DNA of 10,621 nucleotides from Nitrosopumilus sp. (GCA_965204345.1 CBDBEK010000002.1:1-10621); one strand, 5' to 3'. Counted from the first letter of the stretch, positions 1 to 8,196 are shown. The notes: a model not told the origin generated them from the sequence alone. Program-made: numbers and translations.

Positions 1-204
1 TCAAAAAATCGTTTTGACGTCCAAGCAGATCATGGTTTTAGAAAGCGATACAATACTGTCTTAAAACTGGACAATTCAGTAAACTATAACATTGCAGAAA
101 AGCTAATGGGTCACAAAAATGGTCTTGATCATGTATATCTAACCCCTACCCTAGAAGATCTCTTTAGGGAATTCAAAAAAGTCATGTATAAAATAGAGAT
201 CTAA
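1..204 (+). CDS. Tyrosine recombinase/integrase, C-terminal part (gene starts left of the window)
   Basis: Manual translation of frame 1: SKNRFDVQADHGFRKRYNTVLKLDNSVNYNIAEKLMGHKNGLDHVYLTPTLEDLFREFKKVMYKIEI*. It contains the box II catalytic signature H-x-x-R (HGFR), then LMGH, then a Tyr 8 residues later (DHVY). Stop TAA at 202-204. Confidence 0.9.
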   Translation, partial: SKNRFDVQADHGFRKRYNTVLKLDNSVNYNIAEKLMGHKNGLDHVYLTPTLEDLFREFKKVMYKIEI

Positions 205-392
205 ATGGCTAATAAACTAGATAAAACCATTAACTCCAATATCTGAAGAAAGATCAAAATACGTTCCTGTAACAATAATGATCTACTTTGAATAGTGTAA
301 TAATTCCAAAGATTTTCAACAATTACAGAGGATTCATTTATTTACCATGATTTATAAAATTCTATTTTTCACTTTAACTGTTACTTGACTAA

Positions 393-400
393 TTTAAATT
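393..400 (+). promoter_or_regulatory. Putative archaeal TATA box for hsdS1-hsdM (leaderless geometry)
   Basis: TTTAAATT begins 27 nt upstream of ATG 420. The region is AT-rich, so a chance match is possible. Confidence 0.45.
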
Positions 401-419
401 AAAGAAATAAAGAATTGGT

Positions 420-1775
420 ATGTTGATCTTTGAGAAAGAGAATCTTCCAGAGGGTTGGAAATATATTGATTTTAAAAAAATTGTTAAAAAAATTCCAATA
501 ACTGGGAAAAAAATAAAGAAAAAAGAATATCAAAATATTGGAAAAATTCCTGTTATTGATCAAGGTAAATCATTTGTAGGTGGATACACAAATGATGAAA
601 ATAACATAGTGAATTGTAGGTTGCCAGTAATTATTTTTGGAGATCATACCAAGAATATTAAATTCGTTAACTATAGATTTGTTGCAGGAGCTGACGGGAT
701 TAAAGTTTTAAAAATAAATTCTGTACTAAATTCTAAATTAATTTACTATTTTATACAATCTATAATTTTACCGGATAAGGGTTACCACAGGCATTATCAA
801 TATCTAGAAAAATCAATAATTCCTATTCCACCTTTCAACGAACAAAAACGCATCGTTACAAAAATCGAATCAATCTTCTCACAGATTGATGCGGCACAAA
901 ACAAGCTGGAGGCACTTGCATCTCAAATAAAGTCGTCTTCTGGCAGCCTGGAGATGCTAAAAAGCAGCGTGCTCAAGCAGGCCTTTGAGGGCAAGCTTGT
1001 TTCACAGGATCCAGCTGATGAGCCAGCAGAGATGCTTTTGAGGAGATTGCATAAGAATTCTAAGAAAGAGTTGATTTTTGAGAAAGAGAATCTTCCAAAA
1101 GGTTGGATTAGAACAGAAATAAATAATATGGCTACAATAGTACTTGGCCAATCTCCTCCTTCATCAACATATAATCGTGAACAAGATGGTCTTCCATTTT
1201 TTCAAGGTAAAACTGATTTTGGAGATCGTTATCCAACCGTAAGAGTATGGTGTAATGCACCAAAAAAACTTGCAGAAAAAGATGATATTTTAATTTCTGT
1301 TCGCGCGCCGGTTGGCTCTACAAACATAAGTACTGAAAAATGTTGTATTGGTAGAGGATTATCTATAATAAGATCTTTTGAGGGAATTAGTTCTCTGTAT
1401 GTCTTTTATCAACTGCGTCATCTTGAGAATGATATTGCAACAAAAGGAAGAGGAGTCACATTCAAAGCTATTACTGGAAAACAACTCAGATCTATCATGC
1501 TTAATTTACCGCCACTCAAAGAACAAAAACGCATCGTAGCTAAAATTGAATCAATCTTTGACAGGATTGATGTAATAGAAAAGTATGTAGATTCAACATT
1601 AGAACGACTTGATATTCTAAAAAATAGCGTTCTCAAGCAGGCCTTTGAGGGCAAGCTTGTTACACAGGATCCAACTGATGAACCAGCAGAAATGTTATTG
1701 CAAAGGATAAAACAAGAAAAAGAACAATTAATACAAAATCAAAAACCATCAAAGAGGAAGAAAATTGTCAAATGA
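420..1775 (+). CDS. hsdS: Type I R-M specificity subunit HsdS, complete copy (TRD-A, central helix, TRD-C, C-terminal helix)
   Basis: Two TRDs, each starting with LPxGW and ending in PP..EQKRIVxKIESIF. Duplicated conserved helix LKxSVLKQAFEGKLVxQDPxDEPAEMLL. Overlaps the hsdM start. Confidence 0.96.
   Translation: MLIFEKENLPEGWKYIDFKKIVKKIPITGKKIKKKEYQNIGKIPVIDQGKSFVGGYTNDENNIVNCRLPVIIFGDHTKNIKFVNYRFVAGADGIKVLKINSVLNSKLIYYFIQSIILPDKGYHRHYQYLEKSIIPIPPFNEQKRIVTKIESIFSQIDAAQNKLEALASQIKSSSGSLEMLKSSVLKQAFEGKLVSQDPADEPAEMLLRRLHKNSKKELIFEKENLPKGWIRTEINNMATIVLGQSPPSSTYNREQDGLPFFQGKTDFGDRYPTVRVWCNAPKKLAEKDDILISVRAPVGSTNISTEKCCIGRGLSIIRSFEGISSLYVFYQLRHLENDIATKGRGVTFKAITGKQLRSIMLNLPPLKEQKRIVAKIESIFDRIDVIEKYVDSTLERLDILKNSVLKQAFEGKLVTQDPTDEPAEMLLQRIKQEKEQLIQNQKPSKRKKIVK
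429..459 (+). repeat. Short TRD 5'-flank repeat (FEKENLPxGW); other copies at 1077-1115 (+), 7422-7460 (-) and 8118-8156 (-)
   Basis: TTTGAGAAAGAGAATCTTCCAGAGGGTTGGA matches the reverse complement of 8126-8156 at 28/31. Its first 21 nt are identical to 1077-1097. Confidence 0.88.
837..1575 (+). repeat. 739-bp inverted repeat, left arm (pairs with 6962-7700)
   Basis: Starts AACGAACAAAAACGCATCGT and ends GACAGGATTGATGTAA. Paired coordinates sum to 8537 at both ends, so there is no net indel. The encoded peptides are identical and I found no mismatch in the DNA segments compared by eye. Confidence 0.96.
1521..1558 (+). repeat. Short TRD 3'-flank repeat (EQKRIVxKIESI); other copies at 840-877 (+), 6979-7016 (-) and 7660-7697 (-)
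   Basis: The 17-mer GAACAAAAACGCATCGT is exact at 840 and 1521; 34/38 identity over the full repeat. Confidence 0.85.
1617..1694 (+). repeat. Conserved-helix repeat; direct copy of 957-1034 and inverted copy of 7503-7580
   Basis: 71/78 identity with 957-1034, including the exact 30-mer CTCAAGCAGGCCTTTGAGGGCAAGCTTGTT (972-1001 and 1632-1661). Confidence 0.88.
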
Positions 1776-3249
1776 AGCACCAGTTATAGTACAAAAACTC
1801 TGGAACTTTTGCAACATCCTAAGAGATGATGGGGTATCATACGGTGATTATGTACAACAGCTGACAAATCTATTATTCCTAAAAATGGCCGATGAGCAAA
1901 CAAAGCCACCATACAAGAAAAAATCAATCATACCAAAAAAATATGACTGGAGTACGTTGATTTCAAAAACTGGGAATGACCTAGAGAATCAATACAGACA
2001 TATCCTACAGAATTTGGCTAAAGAATCAGGACTTTTAGGTGTAATATTTAGAAAATCTCAAAATAAGATTCAAGATCCTGCCAAGCTAGAAAGATTGATC
2101 AAAATGATAGACGGAGATTCAAAAATCAAGGATAAAATTCTTTGGAGTGGGATGGATATTGATGTCAAAGGCGAAATCTATGAAGGGTTGCTAGAAAAAA
2201 ATGCAGAAGATGTCAAGAGTGGTGCAGGCCAATACTTTACACCGCGTGCATTGATTGATGCGATTGTAGATGTCATACAACCAAAACTAAAAGAAACGAT
2301 TGGAGATCCAGCATGTGGTACTGGAGGTTTTTTTCTGTCAACTCACAAATATCTGATAAATAATTTTAATTTAGATCCTGATGAAAAAAAATTCCTCAAA
2401 AATAAGACTTTCAAGGGTTGGGATATTGTAACTGAAGTGGTAAGGTTATGTGCGATGAGTATGTATCTTCATGGAATTGGATCTACAGAAAGTCAGATTG
2501 TTGGAGGAGACTCACTTATCTCAGATCCTGGTGATAGATTTGACATAGTGATGACCAATCCACCATTTGGTAAAAAATCAAGTACTATAATTTTCTCTGA
2601 GCAAGGAAAAACGGAACGTAAAACATTGTCCTATGAACGAGATGATTTTTGGACAAGTACATCAAACAAACAATTAAACTTTCTCCAACATGTCAAAACG
2701 ATTCTTAAAGTAAATGGGAGGTGTGCTATTGTAGTTCCTGATAACGTTCTGTTTGAAGGAGGAGCAGGGGAAACAGTAAGAAAAAAACTATTGGAACAGT
2801 TTGATTGCCACACCTTGTTAAGACTACCGACAGGGATATTTTATGCTGGAGGCGTTAAAGCAAATGTATTATTCTTTGACAAAAAACCAGCAAGAACAGA
2901 TGGTAATGCATGGACCAAAAAGCTATGGATTTATGATTTTAGAACAAACCAACACTTTACATTAAAAGAGAACTCGATTAGTCGAGAACATCTGGATAAT
3001 TTTGTAAAATGTTATAACCCAAAAAATATTCTAAAAAGAAAAGAAACTGATCAGTTTCATGCATATTCATATGAGGATTTGATAAACAGAGATAAAACAT
3101 CACTGGATATTTTCTGGTTAAAAGATGAATCTTTGGAAAATACTGAAAATTTACCTACTCCTGAAGATATTGCAAGAGAAATTAAAAATGATCTAGAACA
3201 TGCACTTGATTCAATCAGTGAACTAGTTGGCAGTCTTGAAAAAGTATAA
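1765..3249 (+). CDS. hsdM: Type I R-M N6-adenine methyltransferase subunit HsdM
   Basis: LWNFCNILRDDG N-terminus, GQYFTPR, SAM-binding motif I DPACGTGGF and catalytic motif IV NPPF. TTG start with SD-like GAGGA at 1754-1758; overlaps the end of hsdS1 by 11 nt. Confidence 0.97.
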   Translation: MSNEAPVIVQKLWNFCNILRDDGVSYGDYVQQLTNLLFLKMADEQTKPPYKKKSIIPKKYDWSTLISKTGNDLENQYRHILQNLAKESGLLGVIFRKSQNKIQDPAKLERLIKMIDGDSKIKDKILWSGMDIDVKGEIYEGLLEKNAEDVKSGAGQYFTPRALIDAIVDVIQPKLKETIGDPACGTGGFFLSTHKYLINNFNLDPDEKKFLKNKTFKGWDIVTEVVRLCAMSMYLHGIGSTESQIVGGDSLISDPGDRFDIVMTNPPFGKKSSTIIFSEQGKTERKTLSYERDDFWTSTSNKQLNFLQHVKTILKVNGRCAIVVPDNVLFEGGAGETVRKKLLEQFDCHTLLRLPTGIFYAGGVKANVLFFDKKPARTDGNAWTKKLWIYDFRTNQHFTLKENSISREHLDNFVKCYNPKNILKRKETDQFHAYSYEDLINRDKTSLDIFWLKDESLENTENLPTPEDIAREIKNDLEHALDSISELVGSLEKV

Positions 3250-3534
3250 TAAACAGATTGTCATTATCCCAAATAATTAATTTTGTATAATGCAAAAGAA
3301 ATTTGTGTATATTTTATATTTGAATTCATCATGAAAGCCCAATTTGATAGATACCGAAGCATGCTGTATCAGTTATAATTAATGAATATTCGTGGTTTAA
3401 TTAGAGATAAAATCGAAAGAATCAAGAAACAGCATTTTGTACAGTTGGGTAATTGAGAATATTTCTCATTTTTGATAAAAAATCTCGATTTATATATCTA
3501 GTATTTTGAATCATCATATAAAATTTTGATTGGA

Positions 3535-6279
3535 TTATTGGTTAAGTAAAACACTATGCAATTCTTCTAAAATTGTTTCATAACCATCTCCAAATACCTC
3601 ATTGAACTTTACTATTCCTCCCCTTTGATTAAATGGAACATCATTTAGCATGTCTATGTCAATTGATACAGAGCTGGCAATTGCATTTTTGATCATAACC
3701 AGCCATTCTTTTTGTTCTGGAGTAAATTGCCGTCCTGATGATTCTTGAGATTCAAGCCATTTTTCAAACTTTGTATCAAGTATATCTGAGAAAGGCATTA
3801 ACACATCTTCGTTACCTGATGAATATCTTACGATGGATATCAAATCTGTAAGCATTTTTGCTGGATTTTTCTTTACCTTTGATTTGTCTAGTCTTTGATA
3901 AGCATTCCAAAGCTTTTCATGTGTGAGATTGTATGGTGGTTTTTCTATGATACGCGCAAGATTCTTTATGTCTTCATATGTAATTTCTCTCAGTCTGTAT
4001 GGTTTTGAATAGATTATATCAAGAGCAGTAATCTTGTCTCTGTTTTTGTCTATAAATTCAGTCCAATTCTGAACTGTTGTTTGATCTATCTCTTTTACCT
4101 TGTCAACAAATCCAGCTTCGAATAATTCATCGATTGATTTACCATCTATAATTTGCTCATGTTTACTTTTTATATCAAGAATAGTTTTGCGTAATGTTGT
4201 AGAATCAAAGACTTTGCATGCATTATCAATCATTTGTTTTTCAACTGTTTTGATTTGTTCATTAGTTGGTGTATCTGTATCAAATTGTTTTTTTGTATTT
4301 TCTATTTTCTTATCAGAATCGATTCCATCAAGTAGTGTTCTTTCAATATCTATCAAAGTTTTTCCATTATTTACACTGGCAATCTCATCTTTATCTTCCT
4401 GACTTATCTTTCTATTTAACCTAGATAAACGATAAATCAAACTCTCGATATCATCTGTTTGTGCATTTTTGTCTATTGCCTTGTTCAATAATTCTTTAAA
4501 GGATATTTTTGGTTTTTTAGATAAAGAATGGGTATCACTCATAGTATGTTCACAAACACCAACTGCATCAACTATGACAAAATGTGTTTTGGCTTTGGCA
4601 TCTGGTGTTACTGCAATCAGGTCATCAGATGCAATAGTTCTAGTACCACGTCCTTTCATTTGATCAAAGTAATTTTTTGTTTTAACATCTCGCATGAAAA
4701 TAATGCATTCTAATGCCTTGATATCTGTCCCAGTTGCAATCATATCTACAGTAACTGCAATTCGTGGCATTGATGAATTTCTGAAACTGGAAATTAATTC
4801 TTCTGGTTTTTCCATCGTACGATATGTGATTTTTTTACAAAAATTATTCCCCACTCCAAATTCTTCTCGAACAATTTCAGTAATATCTTCTGCATGGGAA
4901 TCATCTTTAGCAAAAATCAAAGTTTTGGGAACATCAACTCTATTTGGAAAAATCTCATTCAGTTTTTCTTTGAAGGTTCTTATCACTTTTCGAATTTGAT
5001 CTTTGACAACAACACTTCTGTCCAGATCATTTTTCGTGTATATTACATCATCATCTAACTGTTTTTGTTCTAGATTGCGTGTAAATCTGTCACGTTTTTC
5101 AACATATTGACCTGCAGGCAATAAACCACCTTGCTCGCTAGTTTTGGTCTTGATTCTATATACATGATATCCAACATTTACTCCATCTACTACAGCACGT
5201 TCATGCGTGTATCGCATTACTTGATTATTATTGAAAAATCCTACTGTATCATTTGATGGAGTTGCAGTTAATCCTACCAAAAAAGAATCAAAATAATCCA
5301 ATACTTGTTTCCATTTATTGTATATGGAGCGATGACATTCGTCAATTACAATAAAGTCAAATTCTCCAATCGGAATGTTTTCATTATATTTTACATTTAT
5401 AGGAGTTTCATCTGTGTTTCTCTCAAATATTGAAAATTCATCATTTTCTTCCTCATAGACTTCCTCTCCCTTTAGAACAGAAAACATTCTCTGTATGGTG
5501 GAGATCACAACTTTGGGAACGGGATCAATTGTATTTGATTGTAATAGTTGGACATTATACAAATCAGTAAATTTCCTTCCATCATCAGGGGTTTGATATT
5601 GTTGAAATTCGCGTAATGCCTGTCTTCCTAAATTTGCTCTGTCTACTAGAAATAAAATTTTTTTGGCTTTAGCAAATTTTATCAGTCGATAAATGGATGT
5701 TACAGCTGTAAAGGTTTTGCCCGAACCTGTTGCCATTTGAATTAATGCACGTGGTTTATTCTGCGAAAAAGAATCCTCTAAATTTGTAATTGCTTCTGTT
5801 TGACACTCCCAAAGTTTTTCATAGTCTAGTTTTGGAATATCTTTTAATCTTGAACGCAATGTTTTCTCCCCTCTAAGCCATTCTTGTAATAATTCTGGGC
5901 GATGAAATGAAAATACATCTCTAGAACGGAAATTGGGATCACGACGATCTGCAAATTTAGTCTCAATTCCTGTCGTCTCATATGAAAATGGTGGTCTAAT
6001 TGGAATATTTGTAAATTTTTCACATAATCCATCAAGATATTTGTCTGATTGTTCTGCAACTCCACTAAGTGTATGTCCCTTTCTTTTGGCCTCAACTACA
6101 CCCACAGGTTTGGCATTAATGAACAGAGCATAGTCTGCACTATCTTTGCTTAGTGGGTATTCTCTAACTGCTACACCCAACCCTGCATTTAGATTTCTAT
6201 TATCATAATCTTGTACTATCCATCCTGAATCAATTAACATTTTGTCAATCTCTTGACGAGATTCATCTTCTGGTCTCAT
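3535..6279 (-). CDS. hsdR: Type I R-M restriction/translocase subunit HsdR (EcoEI/EcoAI-like architecture)
   Basis: Nuclease motif ADYALF...VVEAK, Walker A MATGSGKT, FLVDR, DECH box, LTATP and motif VI QMKGRGTR. 914 aa, uninterrupted. Confidence 0.96.
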   Translation of the reverse strand: MRPEDESRQEIDKMLIDSGWIVQDYDNRNLNAGLGVAVREYPLSKDSADYALFINAKPVGVVEAKRKGHTLSGVAEQSDKYLDGLCEKFTNIPIRPPFSYETTGIETKFADRRDPNFRSRDVFSFHRPELLQEWLRGEKTLRSRLKDIPKLDYEKLWECQTEAITNLEDSFSQNKPRALIQMATGSGKTFTAVTSIYRLIKFAKAKKILFLVDRANLGRQALREFQQYQTPDDGRKFTDLYNVQLLQSNTIDPVPKVVISTIQRMFSVLKGEEVYEEENDEFSIFERNTDETPINVKYNENIPIGEFDFIVIDECHRSIYNKWKQVLDYFDSFLVGLTATPSNDTVGFFNNNQVMRYTHERAVVDGVNVGYHVYRIKTKTSEQGGLLPAGQYVEKRDRFTRNLEQKQLDDDVIYTKNDLDRSVVVKDQIRKVIRTFKEKLNEIFPNRVDVPKTLIFAKDDSHAEDITEIVREEFGVGNNFCKKITYRTMEKPEELISSFRNSSMPRIAVTVDMIATGTDIKALECIIFMRDVKTKNYFDQMKGRGTRTIASDDLIAVTPDAKAKTHFVIVDAVGVCEHTMSDTHSLSKKPKISFKELLNKAIDKNAQTDDIESLIYRLSRLNRKISQEDKDEIASVNNGKTLIDIERTLLDGIDSDKKIENTKKQFDTDTPTNEQIKTVEKQMIDNACKVFDSTTLRKTILDIKSKHEQIIDGKSIDELFEAGFVDKVKEIDQTTVQNWTEFIDKNRDKITALDIIYSKPYRLREITYEDIKNLARIIEKPPYNLTHEKLWNAYQRLDKSKVKKNPAKMLTDLISIVRYSSGNEDVLMPFSDILDTKFEKWLESQESSGRQFTPEQKEWLVMIKNAIASSVSIDIDMLNDVPFNQRGGIVKFNEVFGDGYETILEELHSVLLNQ

Positions 6280-6299
6280 AGAATAATTTTGATATTACC

Positions 6300-6307
6300 A
6301 TATTTAA
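6300..6307 (-). promoter_or_regulatory. Putative TATA box for hsdR
   Basis: TTAAATAT on the minus strand, 21-28 nt upstream of ATG 6279. Confidence 0.4.
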
Positions 6308-6336
6308 CATGAATTGGTATAATCAAGATCTTCTTA

Positions 6337-6876
6337 CTAAATACATCTTGCCTTGATCTCAAAGAATGCAGAGTTTACTTCTGCAATTGTTTTTGCCCCT
6401 GCAATGACTCCTTTTCCTGATGCAAATAAAAGCGCTACACAACTATCTTGAATTCTATATATCAAACCCGGAAATTGTTCCGGTTCATACATGCTTTTTG
6501 GTAATATTCTTACAAGTTTTTCTATTGGCAAATTTTGTTTTAAATCAAATCGTGCTACAATATTTTGCACTTTGGGAGTAATTTTAATGATCTTCGCAAG
6601 ATTATGATTATCCAGTATTTTTATTGCTTTGTTTAATTCTTTTTTAGACTGTGCAGGATTCTTTGTTCCAACTGAAATAAGTTTTCCATTTCCAAATACA
6701 GTAACTCGTCCAACCATCAAATCATCTTTTACATACCCGCATCGATATAAGGCAATATTTGAGCTGAGAAATTGATATTTGTTAAAAGAAGCAATATCTA
6801 TTTTTTGTTTGAGATCTGCTGTAGTTACAGTGTTTTGAATTTTAATTCCTGCTACAATCTTTGATTCTTTTTGCAT
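6337..6876 (-). CDS. tbp: TATA-box-binding protein, divergent accessory paralog (start ATG 6876 or GTG 6888)
   Basis: Two-repeat TBP fold. Repeat 1: IQNTVTTADL...VFGNGKLISVGTK. Repeat 2: VQNIVARFDL...YEPEQFPGLIYR...LFASGKGVIAGAK. Confidence 0.93.
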   Translation of the reverse strand: MQKESKIVAGIKIQNTVTTADLKQKIDIASFNKYQFLSSNIALYRCGYVKDDLMVGRVTVFGNGKLISVGTKNPAQSKKELNKAIKILDNHNLAKIIKITPKVQNIVARFDLKQNLPIEKLVRILPKSMYEPEQFPGLIYRIQDSCVALLFASGKGVIAGAKTIAEVNSAFFEIKARCI

Positions 6877-6887
6877 TAAAATTAACA

Positions 6888-8176
6888 CTACCGTACTGCA
6901 TTAAAAACGAATGTCTTATTCACAGATGTGATCTTTTGTTTGATTAAATATAATATCTGTTTTACATCAATCCTGTCAAAGATTGATTCAATTTTAGCTA
7001 CGATGCGTTTTTGTTCTTTGAGTGGCGGTAAATTAAGCATGATAGATCTGAGTTGTTTTCCAGTAATAGCTTTGAATGTGACTCCTCTTCCTTTTGTTGC
7101 AATATCATTCTCAAGATGACGCAGTTGATAAAAGACATACAGAGAACTAATTCCCTCAAAAGATCTTATTATAGATAATCCTCTACCAATACAACATTTT
7201 TCAGTACTTATGTTTGTAGAGCCAACCGGCGCGCGAACAGAAATTAAAATATCATCTTTTTCTGCAAGTTTTTTTGGTGCATTACACCATACTCTTACGG
7301 TTGGATAACGATCTCCAAAATCAGTTTTACCTTGAAAAAATGGAAGACCATCTTGTTCACGATTATATGTTGATGAAGGAGGAGATTGGCCAAGTACTAT
7401 TGTAGCCATATTATTTATTTCTGTTCTAATCCAACCTTTTGGAAGATTCTCTTTCTCAAAAATCAACTCTTTCTTAGAATTCTTATGCAATCTCCTCAAA
7501 AGCATCTCTGCTGGCTCATCAGCTGGATCCTGTGAAACAAGCTTGCCCTCAAAGGCCTGCTTGAGCACGCTGCTTTTTAGCATCTCCAGGCTGCCAGAAG
7601 ACGACTTTATTTGAGATGCAAGTGCCTCCAGCTTGTTTTGTGCCGCATCAATCTGTGAGAAGATTGATTCGATTTTTGTAACGATGCGTTTTTGTTCGTT
7701 CAGAGGAGGAAGTGGACAAACAATGGATTTTAGTTTTGTAGCGTTAACATTAAAAACTGCAATACCAACTTTTTTCTCATATATTGATTGCCAATAAAAA
7801 GGACTCTGAAGAAAATAATAGAAAAATTTTGGATTAACTTTAGGCCTAAATCTAATCAAATATGACGCAAAAACCGTATTTGAAACTTCGTCTAATAAAT
7901 AACTAAATCCAATTGAACCAGCACGAGAGATGACGATATCATTTTTTTCAAGAAGATATTTTTCGATCATATTGGGAGTTTGTTTGCAAAAAGGAACAGT
8001 CTTCCAATTAATTTTTCCTGATGTAATATCAGTTGTTCTTAGAAATTTAATTTTTCCAGTTTTACTTGCACTAGTTGTATAACCATATTGAGGTTTGTAA
8101 CATATATTTTCTACCTTTGTTCTAATCCAACCTTTTGGAAGATTTTCTTTCTCAAATTCTATCTCAGAGTCACCAT
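6888..8176 (-). CDS. hsdS: Second HsdS (TRD-B, central helix, TRD-C) with truncated C-terminal helix and no in-frame canonical start at its true 5' end; probable alternative or silent cassette
   Basis: The frame of ORF 6888-7970 stays open to 8195 and encodes ...DSEIEFEKENLPKGWIRTKVENICYKPQYGYTTSASKTGKIKFLRTTDITSGKINWKTVPFCKQTPN-MIEKYLL..., so Met 7970 is internal to the TRD. After ...FDRIDV it ends in an unrelated 24-aa tail. The nearest ATG (8176) is out of frame; an ATA at 8162 is in frame. Confidence 0.9.
6962..7700 (-). repeat. 739-bp inverted repeat, right arm (pairs with 837-1575)
   Basis: Reverse complement of 837-1575. Identity stops at 6961 and 7701. Confidence 0.96.
8118..8156 (-). 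repeat. Short TRD 5'-flank repeat at the start of hsdS2
   Basis: The reverse complement TTTGAGAAAGAAAATCTTCCAAAAGGTTGGATTAGAACA is 38/39 identical to 1077-1115. Confidence 0.9.
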
Positions 8177-8196
8177 TATTTCCACCAACAAAACTC

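Noticed and set aside
471-525. A7 tracts near the 5' end of hsdS1 as slipped-strand phase-variation sites
   Set aside because: Runs of 7 A are frequent in this Lys-rich, AT-rich DNA and too short to be convincing.
1418-1654. 78-aa minus-strand ORF, and its mirror at 6928-7119 (+)
   Set aside because: Antisense shadow of hsdS. It appears twice only because of the inverted repeat.
3250-3534. Gap between hsdM and hsdR with tiny ORFs (MQKKFVYILYLNSS; MNIRGLIRDKIERIKKQHFVQLGN) faintly like a GIY-YIG remnant, and a short hairpin TGAGAA-TAT-TTCTCA near 3454-3468
   Set aside because: Too short and AT-rich to distinguish from chance. The second GIY-YIG motif is not evident.
2631-6133. Small ORFs at 2631-2813, 4100-4402, 4469-4663, 4528-4713, 4694-4999, 5844-6095 and 5933-6133
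   Set aside because: All lie within hsdM or hsdR, antisense or out of frame, with no recognisable motifs.
7968-7970. ATG 7970 as the real start of hsdS2
   Set aside because: It lies mid-TRD. The frame continues upstream through the conserved FEKENLPKGW motif.
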